Source: Takakia lepidozioides (Eukaryota; Plantae; Bryophyta). From it: DNA of 64,000 nt. The notes beneath the pieces were generated by a model. It was given only the letters and a program-made list of their open reading frames with translations. It made no database searches and was not told the origin of the DNA. The stretch covers positions 33,046,001 to 33,110,000 of the forward strand of contig CM060734.1 in the NCBI GenBank assembly GCA_030704615.1, read 5' to 3'. The position numbers and the translations under genes were made by a program. The number at the start of each line of letters is the position of its first letter. Positions within the stretch are counted from its first letter, which is position 1. This document shows positions 1-11,759 of the stretch, piece by piece.

Positions 1-42
1 GTGTCAAATTGTCAATGGCCATTAAATTTTTCAGGTTCAGAC

Positions 43-1399
43 CAGTGTTGAGCGGGTATTACTTTCTTAAAATACCATCGGGGTTCTGGTATTGAAAAGA
101 AATTATTTTTCAATACCAGCCGGTTCCATAGTAACCCTGGTGCATGTATGAAGTGATGAGTTGTGGAATTACACCGAAGTCTCTTTAGGTACACGTAGTA
201 CAGATGCTTGCAAGGGCAGTATGATGCCCCCTTGTTTGCCATGATCTGGAAGTCGGTGCAATTGAGGTGGGTAATTCTGATCTACCAGTACCTACGACGT
301 TACTTGGAAATGCGGCGCCGCATTTCCTTGCCGGGGGTCGAATGAGGAAAGCAAAGTTTGGGAGAGCAGAAAAACAGGAACCCTCCAACAAACAAAAATA
401 CAAGCACGTAGAAACAGAAGTGAATGACATAGTATTATCTTAGTTCGAGCAAAACAGGTTACTGGTAGGCAAGACATAAGTCCGACCTTTCTGTGGCCAG
501 ACTCAGAGGTACTTGCAGCAGTACAGTTCTACTACAACTGAAACTCCGAAAAGGATGGGCGTACCATGGTTGGGGACCGCAAGCCAAGCTCACTGGTCCC
601 CTAGATCCATATTCAGAAGAGTGAAGATTCATTTAATTTTAATATCTGCCAGTCCTTAATAGTAGTATGATTTTTTATTTGTGGACAGTAATCAATAGGA
701 TGGGTATTCCAATCATAATATCAGCCGGTAATTGACCCGGATATGAATAATTAAAATTGGAATTAAAACAACCATTAAATTATTAACGTGTTTAATTGAA
801 TCTAGAAGCATACTTGATTTCACAAAGAAATTAAATATTCTGTTGCAAATTCAAACTTTGCATTACATAATAATGTTGCAGATTTTAGTATGCAAAATGA
901 GTTAAAAGAAAACTGATTGCAAGCCTCATCAAATATGCCAACATCTACAATGAGGTCCTTATATTCATCAAACATATTGTCTTCTGACAAAAAAAACTCC
1001 TTGATCCCTTCCTCCAGCACCTTGCAATTTGTCCGCACGTCGTCATCCGGCCAATTCCTGGTCAATTTTGTAGAATTAGCACCCAATTTGTGGAGGTTGT
1101 GCTAAAAAATGAAGAATAGTGGCGGGCCTTTGGGGCTGGAATGCCATCACCCCTAACATGTGCACCCGCCCAACTTCATATCTATACAATGTGTGTAGTC
1201 CTTGTTTTTGCTGTATTGCACAGGTATTGCTTTTGGCAATACTAGCCTATGTAGGGTATCGACCTAGGTATTGGAATTGCCAATATCAGGCGGCTCGGTT
1301 ACTAACCCTAGTATTACAATAGCCAATACCAGCCGGGCCGGTTATTTAATACCCTGGTTGATACCCAACCGGGCCCTATATAATACCAGTCCAACACAT
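43..1399 (-). mobile_element. Degenerate hAT-like DNA transposon relic
   Basis: Imperfect inverted ends GTGTTGAGCGGGTATTA (45-61) and TAATACCAGTCCAACAC (1381-1397); repeated AATACC/GGTATT subterminal motifs; minus-strand peptide ...NLHKL..RNWPDD...IKEFF resembles a hAT C-terminus. No clean TSD. Confidence 0.35.
134..623 (-). mobile_element. Circularly permuted fragment of an element-A-family left region (SWIM-coding segment plus one palindrome)
   Basis: 134-280 matches 3424-3571 and 282-623 matches 3068-3403, so the two blocks are in swapped order; perfect GAAATGCGGCGCCGCATTTC at 307. Confidence 0.85.
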
Positions 1400-1698
1400 T
1401 TGGACATGAGAATCTAATCAGGCTTGTAGGTTCAACGAGTGTTGACAAGTTCAACACCAATGAGATGGCTTCGATATAGGTTTGCTTTAGGATCGGAAAT
1501 ATTAGGCTTGGGCTTGGTTCTCTGGCAAGCCACACATACATAGTGTGTGGTTCGTTGGAGAACTACATGATGCTGACCTAATCCCAATTCAAATTCCAAC
1601 CCAAACAAAATACAAAAACTAATGCTCATATTATAAATTTATGTGAGCATATATATAAATTTATTGTATCCGAAAATCTTAAGTTGTGCTCATACGAT

Positions 1699-2010
1699 AT
1701 TCCTTTTGATTTTATACTCACCAATATTTTGGTTAACTCACCAGCTCACCAATATTTTGGTCCACTCACCAGCTCACCAACTACCAACACCCATGGTGAT
1801 GTTGCTTGCTTTATTTGAACAAAAACATTACCGATATTTGGAGCCCGTGTTAAATTCCTTTTGATTTTATACTCACCAATATTTTGGTCAACTCACCAGC
1901 TCACCAATATTTTGGTCCACTCACCAGCTCACCAACCACCAACACCCATGGTGATGTTGTTTGCTTTATTTGAACAAAAACATTACCGATATTTGGAGCC
2001 CGTGTTAAAT
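1699..2010. repeat. Tandem duplication, 2 x 155 bp
   Basis: Near-identical units starting at 1699 and 1854, with internal CTCACCA(ATATTTTGG) sub-repeats. Confidence 0.9.
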
Positions 2011-2483
2011 AGAGTAGATGTTATTGTTTTAAGAAAAAATTAAGGTTTAATTGTCGTAATGCATCTAAGGAATTCATAACTTGGGTGCATGTTAAAAACT
2101 GTAATAATTGTAGCAATTTAGATTCTATAGTTAGCGTCTACTTTTTGGTTAGATCCCTACCAGCTAATTACGCTTGACGACAAATGTAGATTTTGAAAAA
2201 TGGCTAATCATGCATGCGACAGGAATAATGATATGCCATATTTTTGGCAAGAACTGATGGGTTTCGAAATATCATCTAATATCCAACAAGGATTTGTGCA
2301 TACATTTGTCCAATTTGTAACCACGGCTTAGGCATAAGTAGGTGATCCCACCAATACATTTTGAACAAGACTATAGAATGTCGCGCACCTCACTTCGGTA
2401 GACTCCCCTTCAAGTCATTACTCGCTTTGATGCGCGCGCATAACTCCCAAACTGGCCGCCGGACCAACTCGGAGCTTCGGCTG

Positions 2484-2587
2484 GAGGGTTACTATTTCAT
2501 GAGCAGAAACCATGAGCCATGAGCCATGAGCCGCATGAGCTGCATGAGCGGCGAGCTGAAGTCTAAGACACGCGGTTTCCATGAGCG
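2484..2587 (+). repeat. Element A left TIR and CATGAGC subterminal repeats
   Basis: 2484-2504 is 20/21 identical to the reverse complement of 30254-30274; followed by tandem CATGAGC heptamers. Confidence 0.85.
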
Positions 2588-3399
2588 GACTCCTCCAAAT
2601 TTAGAAATGCGGCAGATTTAAAAAGTATAAAAATAATAGATTTTTATTTTACCTTGCCGTTTTTGGAAGTTCCAGATCCTGTAATGTGGCGAAGATATGT
2701 CGTCAGTAACAATTCCGCTCATGGTTTTTTAGATCCGCTCATGGAAATGAGTGACCGTGCAACGAGAAATCCAGTATACCACAGCAAAAGGACGTCGCAA
2801 ACTGGCCTGTATAGAGTATTCCGCGGTTTTACATGCCTTAACATTGGAATGAAGCTGACCCTTCTGCCGCGATTGAACCAATAGAGTCTGCAGTACTTCA
2901 CAATTCTGTCATCTTCGGGTATTTGGCGGGAAAAGTTTGCGACTCAACTAGGAAATGCGGTGCCGTATTAGGGTTCGCACGTGCGAAATTTCTGGGAGGT
3001 TCGGTGTCGGCGACGGTCAGCTCCATGAAGACTAGGTGCGACTATCTTGCTATGACGAAGGCCACAACTACCAGTACCTACGACGTTACTTGGAAATGCG
3101 ACGCCGCATTTCCTTGTCGGGGGTCGAATGAGGAAAGCAAAGTTTAGGAGAGCAGAAAAACAGAAACCCCCCAACAAACAAAAATACAAGCACGTGGAAA
3201 CAGAAGTGAATGACATAATATTATCTTAGTTCAAGCAAAACAGGTTACTCGACATAAGTCGAACCTTTCTGTGGCCAAAGTCAGAGGTACTTGCAGCAGT
3301 ACAGTTCTACTATAACTAAAACTCTGAAAAGGATGGGCGTACCATTGTGTTGTGGCCCGACAGCCAAGCTCACTGGTCCCTTGGATCCATATTCAGAAG

Positions 3400-4255
3400 A
3401 GTGTACACCTCTTGGGGGACTCGACCCTGGTGCATGTATGAAGTGATGAGTTGTGGAATTACACCGGAGTCTCTTTAGGTACACATTGTACAGATGCTTG
3501 CAAGGGCAGTATGATGCCCCCTTGTTCGCCATGATTTAGAAGTCGGTGCAACTGCAGGTAGGTAATTCTGAAATGGTGATGGTGTACACCTCGTTGCGAA
3601 CAGCTGAGCCTGTTGTGGCCATCTAATACACACGCCCGAAGCCTGGTGGGGGCACTTCTGTTGAGCTCTGGATTGTACAGTTCATCCGAAGTGCATTCCC
3701 CATCCTTGTCTCGTTCACTTTTGAGGGAGGTCGCCGCCTCTTCGGTTTCCCCCAACGGTGTGTAGGATGCTTAGAGTTGTCACGTCCCATTGTTCTTGCA
3801 CTCACAGGGGTCGGTGGTGGAGACTGTGGAAGCGGAAATGGTTGTCTGGGGACGTCAGTGTGCTGCACCATCCGAAATCCTGCGGCAGTAAGGGCGTCGG
3901 CCTCAACCTGACTTAGATCGCATCCTGGTTCCACCGGCCATACCGGGGGAGCCTCTGGCATTGTTTGTATGCCGTACTTGGGCTTTCCATACACGCAAGT
4001 CATAATGTCGTGCCCGCAGAAACAAAACTGGGTAGTTGTCACCTCCGCAAACTTTGCATGGACAAATCTTCCTGTAAAAGTAGGAGCAGGGACAACCCCA
4101 TCTGGATTCTTCCTTATCATCTCTAAACAACGTTGCCGTGTATCCACTCGAATTGCGGAACACTTGCCTCAAAACACCGGCCTTGTGCGAGCAATTCTCC
4201 ACTATGACGCAGACATCCTCATAGAAATGTGGTGGGTAACTACTTGTTTCCCCCT
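3400..4255 (-). pseudogene. Element A transposase, 3' remnant (Cys-rich domain and SWIM finger)
   Basis: PAPTFTG..FCFC..CV, WPVEPG and CSCTDF...CPCKHLY motifs, colinear with the B transposase at 18641-19550; frameshifts and a stop; 5' part replaced by Gypsy sequence. Confidence 0.85.
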
Positions 4256-4528
4256 CAATTGGTGTTGCTGATAGTGCACCACAGCAGATACCTTCATAGC
4301 AACTCAAGCCTCCCAGTTGCATTTCTGCAACCTGCTCCCACTCTGGGTGTGCAACAAACAGTGTAGCTTCCTGCTCCTCATCAAGTCTTCCCCTCCAGTC
4401 ACACTCTCTGACTCCACGAGGTCTTCTGTAGCAGGTAGTCTACTAGATTTCTTAGTGATGACCTGTATCTTGTGCTTCCCATCATGCACAGTCAGTAACT
4501 GGGAATTCCAGTCATGGAATACCCTGGC

Positions 4529-4918
4529 CTATTTCAGCCATGGTCGACCTAGCAATAAGGAATAAGCTTCCATGACATCATCCATTTTCAACACAGTCAC
4601 TGTGATCTTAAACATTATCTTCTGAATCTGTATCTTAACTCCTCTTATCAAGCCTAATGGCTCTACACTCATTTGATCTGCCATTGTTACTGTGAATGGG
4701 GCTGGTTTCATGTTACTTAGACCAAGCTTCTGCCTTAACTGATCTGTCATAATATTCACTCCTGAGCCTCCATCTATCAGTACATCAGTCAAGTTTGTGC
4801 TTCCAATTCTCAATTGGATTACTGACATAGAATCATCAAAGTCCATGACTGTTTCTCGCCCTTCAAGCTTCACATTATAACTTGTCACCTTGCTGTTCAG
4901 GTCTGCGTTTGCTGTCAC
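4529..4918 (-). pseudogene. Retrotransposon aspartic protease
   Basis: VLIDGGSGVNIM ... LLLGRPWL retropepsin motifs. Confidence 0.85.
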
Positions 4919-6864
4919 ATGAGCAATCTGTTGATTGCTTGATACAGCCTGTGTCTACAATGAGGTGCTACAACCAATAGCTGTCCAATGGTAATCTTAG
5001 CTTTGGACTGGCATATTACTTCAGCCAAAGTCCCTTCATTACCCTGCACCAATACAGCTTCTTGCTTAACTTCATCTTCACCCTCTTCATCTTCCCCTTC
5101 AGAGTCAGAAGAGTTTGCCATAGGGCTATCAGTGTCCTTGTGCATTTTCCTTATGGTATCAACCACTTCCTTGTGCAGTTCCTTCTCATCTCTCCAAGCC
5201 TCATCATCTTCAGGCACATCATTGCCATCTTCATTAACATCTTCTTCCTCATCCAGTGGAGGTATTAGTTTAGCTTTGCTTCTGGTAACTATCATTGTAC
5301 TTACTTCCGGAACAAAACATGGCCTAACCATGTGAGCTGCCACTACTGGGCCCTCATTCACAGGAGCTCTCATCTCATTTTGGTGTCTGATCCAAAATGG
5401 ACAGGCTGCTTTGTGATGTCCTACCTGATTACAATAGTAACATAGTTCTTCACCATTGGGTCCTCGCCCTTGGTCTGCTCTGGGATTATTTCTATAATCT
5501 TGATTCTCAGGCTGGTAATCCTCCCTTGGATTACATCCCCAATTGCTCAATTCTGTTGGCTGTTTCAAATGCCTCTTCCACTGTATTATGGGGTAGCATA
5601 TCCACTTTCTTTTGTAATTCAGGTCTCAATCCACTCACAAACCAGGTCTTCTGTAATCCTGGTGCTGGTACAGCAGCCAGCTTTCTCATCATTAACTCCA
5701 TCTTTTCCATGTACTCTTCAACAGTTTCATGCTTTATTTTGCCTTAATTGTTGTAAACTCCCATACACTTCATCCTCAATTTTGCTTGTCCTGAACCTAT
5801 TCCGGAATGCTGTACTAAGGCCATTCCAGGTTTTGAAATGATTATTAGGAAATTTTACATACCATTGACTTGTTTTTTTGATAAGTGAACAGGGAAACAG
5901 TCTCATCTTGGCATCATCGCCATTCTCATTGTTCACAATACACATATGCTCAAATTGGCTAATGTGTACATCAGGATCCCCTTTTCCTGCATATATTGGG
6001 AAAGGTGGTTTTGCCCGTGTTGGAGGTACCGCCATCTGTGGCCCTACACCCTGCCCTCTGACAAGTGATGGTCCTCCTGTTGATGCTGGTCCTTGAGGAC
6101 CTACTGTTGTAGTGGTGGAACTCCCACCAGGTATTGGCCCCTGAGCACTCCCTGCCACTGGCCCCTCTGTACTTACAGTATTCCCAACTACAGTTGCACT
6201 ACTTTCCACACTCCCTGTCCCCCCAAAGCCAAATCCAAGCTGCCCGCCTGATCCCCTTGAGCCGACACCTTTGTTGGCATGTGATCCAAGTGTTCCACTT
6301 GATCCAGGTCCAACAGGTTGGGATGTCCTGGTTGTAGTCTCAACCTCAACTATTGGGTCTACCTCTTCATACCCTTCATCTTCCAGTTCTTCTCTCTTTT
6401 TCATATTCCAAGGTCTTCTCTTGGATTTCCTCTTCCTCACTCATATAACTCAACTGCAGTGGTGTTGGAGAGTCTGAACTCTCCGTTGGCTCTGCCACAT
6501 TATCCTCTCTTTCTTTGTCTTGTGCTTCAGAAACTGGAGTTCCTGCTTTTGGTGTCCCATACCAACTCTGATCAAAGATTTCTGTCAAATCTTTAATCCA
6601 AGGATGTACCTCAGATCTTTCCCCTTGTGGCTGATCTTCTTCCTCTACCAAATCCCTTAATCTTTCTTGTAAAGAATAAGAAGGAGTGGCATCCAACTCT
6701 GGTTCTTCTGGTATGGGTGATGTTTCTGATCTTAATGGTGTGAGAGGTCCAGATGATTCTCCTATGTCTATTCCTCTCTCCCAAAGATATGGATAATTAG
6801 CTTTCAAATAACTTTCCCTTTTTGCTGAATATCTGTGGAGTCTAGCTTCTCTTTCATCATTCAT
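4915..6864 (-). pseudogene. Gypsy gag, frameshifted and internally deleted
   Basis: ORF pieces 6376-6864, 5727-6440 and 4915-5568; retrotransposon gag motifs and CCHC knuckle. Confidence 0.8.
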
Positions 6865-6917
6865 GTCCCATGTCTTTCATATCTTTAATGAGACAATAAC
6901 CAAAACTCTCTTCTGTA

Positions 6918-7527
6918 GTATCTCTCGTATATGCCTGGATTTCTTTCAAGCTTCAATGCACCCTTGGCTATACTAGAAGTCTCCGTTACCATATAACCAT
7001 ATGGCAAACATGTCTGAAAAGCTGTTCTTGGTGTAAGTTAGATCCACAAGATATCCTTAGGAATCCAATTTTTTACCAGTACAAGTTCTTCATGCATATG
7101 AGTGTAAACATTCACTTTCCGTTCCTCCCAGCTTTCAAACTCTACTCGCTTAATGGATAGCAATGCTATCACATAAACCAGTGTTGGTAACCAACTTGCT
7201 CTCCCTCTACAACAGGCCACTTGATAGATCTTATCATCCTTTCCTCCAGGACCCCACTCTGGATCAGCATCAAGCACTCTCTTAAGAAATTTTTCTTTGC
7301 AACCGTCTGGCAATTCCAAGAACCTCTGAAAGAATTGTTGGACAATCTTTCTTTCTCAGTTCCATAGGGAATTTGATTCACATCGAATTCTTTAATTCTC
7401 CAACCACCATGATCCACCCAGATGCCTCTCACATTTGGTTGTTCTTGACCCAGTTCCCCAGTACGGTGGCCAAATGTCAAGCGGCTTTTACTCATCCATC
7501 CCTTCGCTATCCGAGGTGGAAACTCCA
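6918..7527 (-). pseudogene. ORF of unknown function upstream of gag
   Basis: Frameshifted here (7169-7582 and 7038-7319); the homolog at 33010-33588 is a single open 192-aa frame. Confidence 0.55.
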
Positions 7528-8133
7528 AGATAGAAGAGTTTGATATCTCTAAGCACTCAGCCCGCTCAGAACAATCAGTCATGACCTACAACTAGTGTAT
7601 CATGGAAGTGCTTCTTGTTTGTATTCTTTCTTGCCTTTATGTCAGCAAATTACCTTACTGTTTATATTTAAGCATCAGATTGCTTCAGCAATCTACCATG
7701 TTCCAATCGTTCATCCAGTCATTCCACAGCTTCACTCAGGTCTCTCTACACAGTGTGAGTATGGAACATGTATCATATTAAGATCTATCAAGTATCAGGC
7801 CGAAGCCATGATGTCACTAATCTGCTCTACGGTACATCTCTACAGCTTGCATTCATCAAGCATCAACAGATCGGGTCTCCTTCATCACAATGCTCTCCAT
7901 CTCCCTGTTCAAGATCGTCCTTCTCTCCCTGATGACCAAGTCGTGATGCCCAAGAAGTGTCCTGAAGTGATCTAAGAAGTAGTGTCCCTCCATGTTGCTA
8001 CTCTGCCTAATCTATCTGCAAGCTGTTCTAACCGCCTAACTAACTAACTGTCATCCAAGAAAAAAACACGTTCCCTCTGCAGATGTCGTTCCCACACAGT
8101 CGTTCCTTGCCAATGATAACCGTTCCCTATGTA

Positions 8134-8380
8134 CGCTGTGACGGGCTGTGCCAAGCTGTGTTGGGCTGTGACTGTGCCGAGCTGTGACTGGCTGTGTCGA
8201 GCTGTGACTAGCTGTGTCGGTTGTGACTGACTGCGTCAGGCTGTGTCGAGCTGTATCGTGCTGTGATAAACTGCGATAAGTTGTGTCGGGCTGTGTCGTG
8301 CTGTGATAGACTGTGATAGGCTGTGACAAGCTGTGTACGGCTGTGTCAGGCTGTCAGGCTGTGTAAGGCTGTGATAAACT
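8134..8380. repeat. Degenerate ~10-bp tandem repeat (GCTGTGTCGG-like) in the Gypsy LTR-like region
   Basis: GCTGTG recurs at ~10-bp period. Confidence 0.85.
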
Positions 8381-8679
8381 ATATAAGCTTGTAACTGATT
8401 GTGTGAGCCTGTCTACCACCCCTAAGGTCTGTGTCTGTCACCCCTAAGGCCTTTGTTGGTCTAAGTCTACCATCCGTAAGTCTGCGCAAAAATTAAGGGT
8501 ACCCCACAGAACCCGTAAAAGTGTCTAAGTCCCAGACAGCCCTCTAACAAGCATTTTCAGTGACCTTGCAAGGCACACTCTCCAGTTCAGTCCACTGAAG
8601 CACGAAAACAAAACTGATTGGAAACCGAAATGCGGCACCGCATTTCGGATGTGCTTGGGAGGGTAGGAGAATCTTTCGA

Positions 8680-9870
8680 GTTGAGGTCCGCCATGGCATT
8701 CTTGAGCAGGGAGGGGTCTTTCACCTTCACCTTGAGGATGACACACTCCACCATGTAATGCCAGCCAATATGCTTGGCATGGTTCTGCTTGATGTACTCC
8801 CACCAGGCAAGAAGTCGGTGATTCCCGTCCCACACAAAAAACATTTTGCCCGACATATGGCCGAAGTCTGGATCACCCTTCAGCATTGTCTCAAATTCAT
8901 CATTGTAAATGTGTCAGTGGGTATCCCATGCTAACAATTCATCCGCAGTGGGTCCTCGAGTTTTGCCATCTTCATTCCCAATGGAAACATAGAAGGCTGT
9001 CGAACCTAGATGACACCTTTCTCGAAATGCGAACTTGAGCTTATCGACTTCTCCTGGAAGAGCCTGCCTGACAATGGGAAGGGAGACCATGCGATAGAGT
9101 GGAATTCGAAGAGTCCGCTAGAATATCCTGCTGCCCAGAACTATGCCAATGCTATTTGTTGTCTCCTCCAACATTGTATCCGCTGCACTTTGGAATTCCT
9201 CTGGAGACATTTTTGCAGGTGGCGGTAGGGGCTGAGCAGCTGGAGCATCCCCAACTGCAGCTGTACTCTGGGGAATCTTTGCGGGCAATTCTTGCATTGT
9301 AGAGGCCTCCTCCGGGCCTGCAGTATTCTGAAGTTCTTCCTCAACGGTGGTGAAGTCCTACTGCGAACGTTGAGCAGCAGCACCCTCCTCCGCTGATAGA
9401 TCGACAAAATCGGTCGATTTCGTTGCCTTTGCTGCAACAGAGATGCCCCCAACATCACCTGCCTGGAAATCAACCAGGAACTGGGCTTCAGCTCGTGGAA
9501 TCGGTTTTGCGGGAGACTGCTCCGCCCTCCCCCTGATTGTCTTCTGCTTCTTGATTCTTGCAGGTGAAGGTGTCTACTGTATTTGAATGTGCACTGCACC
9601 CTTCTAATTCACTCTCTTGGGGGGGGGGACGGCTTGGTCTGGTTCAGAAACCAGTTCAAGGACGATCTGCTTCTTCTTCGTCTTTGTTGGAGAAGGGCCC
9701 GACCCCTGCTGGCGATTCTCCGTGACCTTCAAACGTGAGTCTTTCTCTGGGGCTTTGAACTGCAAAGACTTGCCTTTCCAAGCCGCGTCCTTGAAACGCA
9801 CAGGGCTAGGCCCAACATGAAGACCCGTGCTCGTGGATCGGCTGGGTGTGCGTGATGCAGCTAGCTCCAT
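8680..9870 (-). pseudogene. Element A accessory gene, N-terminal/ParB-like part (inverted segment)
   Basis: LRIPLYRMVSLPIVRQAL...FYVSI...MFFVWDGNHRLLAW (motif at 8815-8835), homologous to B 25250-25690 and C 41400-41826. Confidence 0.8.
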
Positions 9871-10477
9871 GGATTCTTCCTACGGCTCTTCGGATTCCTG
9901 CAATCCCTCCACCACCTCCACCTTTTGAATTAGGCATGCAAACATCTTCTGCATTCAAGGGTCCTATCATATAGTCTAAGAATTGCACAACAAAAATGAG
10001 GGAGGGTTTCGGTGCTCGATCAGCTGCGCGCATCCCGATAGCACGGAGCTCTCACTGGGTTGCCTGTGTTGCCTGCTGCTGCGAGATGACCATCTCCTCC
10101 TAAAGACGCATCTGCTTCCTCCCCTTCGGCATTGGGCCTACGTCCAAAGTACAACTTGCGGAGCTTGCGACGATGTCTCTTCTCTGGTGCATGAACTTCC
10201 TCCCTCTCAGGTTGGAGCATAAGAAGAACACAGACACGGAAAATGGGCGAAGAGTGCAGATGGAAAGGGCGCGAGAGGGGTGACTGAGTAGACACGACAA
10301 ATAAAAATGAAACGGCGGTGATGCACCACTTGAGTTCGAAAGACTGGGATGGAAGTGTCTCCTTGTGGACTATGCGTCGTTACAACATTCGAATCGTCAA
10401 AGGTACGCCTGCTGTCCGCCAAACAAACATCATTAACCAACGGTCAGGCCGTGCAGCCAGCATGAGTGCAAACATCA

Positions 10478-11034
10478 AAATGCGGAACTGCATTTCCGTT
10501 GGTCCACGTGTTCACATATCATAGCATTTGCGTCCCAGCGTCTCATGAGTTAGAGTGAAAATGGAAATGTGGCGCTGCATTTCCGTTAAGGCAGCTTTGA
10601 GTTGTATCGCGAACGGAAATGTGGTTTCATGCCTAACATGCAAAACGGAAATGCGGCGCCGCATTTCCGTTCTGGAAAGTCGGAAGGTACGACTCGGACG
10701 GAAATGCGATGCCGCATTTCAGTTGCAGTGTTTCATGATTTACAATCAGAAAGGATATGCGGCACCGCATTTCCATTCCACTGTTACATACCTTACTTGT
10801 TGGACGGAAATGCGGCACGCATGCGTCTGGAGAGTATAAAGGTTTCCCATGGATGGAAATGTGGTGCCGCATTTCTGTCTTACTGCTACATGCCTGAGAT
10901 GCAAAACGGAAATGCGGCGCCGCATTTCAGTTCTTGAAAGTCAGAAGGTACGACTCGGACGGAAATGCGGTGCCACATTTCAGTTGCAGTGTTTCATGAT
11001 TTACAATCAGAAAGCATATGCGGCACCGCATTTC
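10478..11034. repeat. Element A palindrome array (GAAATGCGGCGCCGCATTTC), mostly 53-bp period
   Basis: Copies start at about 10478, 10564, 10616, 10648, 10701, 10754, 10807, 10856, 10909, 10962 and 11015; higher-order 261-bp duplication (10638/10899). Confidence 0.95.
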
Positions 11035-11482
11035 ATGTTACCTCACAATACAGTGGAGGAGGCATTTGAAACATCAAACAGAATTGAGCAGTTGGGAATG
11101 CTCAGGAAGGAGAAAAGAGATGAAGAGGACTCTGAGGATGAGTCAGAAGAAGAAGAGGAGATGGAGCATAAAAAGAAGAGTAAAAAAAAGGAAAAGATGA
11201 AGAGGGAAAATTATGAGAAGAGATTAGAAGAAATCTTGAAAAAGTATGCTACAGAGGCTGCAACACATTGGAGGAAGGGTGTTTGGTGTGCAAAATGCCA
11301 TAATGAAGGCCACACCACTACTGAATGCCACATGAAGGAGAAACACTGCACTATCTATAAAATGGATAACCATTCTACTGAGAATTGTTACTACAACAGA
11401 AGAACAGCAGTAAGAGAGCCTAGGCAGGTAAGGGTGCATCAAGTGCAACCCCAGCCAAGAAGAAACAATGATCAAGACCACT
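11035..11482 (+). mobile_element. Gypsy gag fragment inserted into the palindrome array
   Basis: MLPHNTVEEAFETSNRIEQLGM matches the gag at ~5530-5600 (-); followed by an acidic/lysine tract and CAKCHNEGHTTTEC knuckle. Confidence 0.8.
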
Positions 11483-11759
11483 ATGTACCTTACTTGTTGG
11501 ACGGAAATGCGGCACCACATTTCCGTTTTCGACATAATCATCCATTTCCGTACATAAATCCATTTATATCATCCATATTTGGCGAATTCATCCCTAATTT
11601 ATTTTTCATTTGGAGAAATTGGGTGATTTCATCCATGAAAAAACAGGGAATTTGTGACATAATCTTCATTTTATTTTTAGTTTTTCTAAGGTCGAAATTT
11701 GGCAAAAATTCGCCAGCAAAAAAAACGCTACCCTGCAGTGGATGCGTGGCTCAACCGCA

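Larger units (their letters stand above)
4260..8549 (-). mobile_element. 3'-truncated Ty3/Gypsy LTR retrotransposon (LTR-like end, upstream ORF, gag, protease)
   Basis: Gag-like region (YAGKGDPDVHISQFE..LFPCSL..WY), zinc knuckle CYYCNQVGHHKAAC, aspartic protease LIDGGSGVNIM; minus strand starts TGTTAG at 8549; no RT or integrase. Confidence 0.85.

Noticed and set aside
10555-10937. Short ORFs with repeated EMRRRIS/GNAAPHF/KCGAAF peptides (likewise NFGAEI and MVGTDR ORFs)
   Set aside because: These are translations of the palindromes in different frames, not proteins.
10478-11034. CRISPR array (regularly spaced palindromic repeats; also 22421-24024 and 47029-48073)
   Set aside because: Repeats are short and degenerate, spacers are duplicated or related, copies also occur singly in introns, there are no cas genes and the context is eukaryotic.
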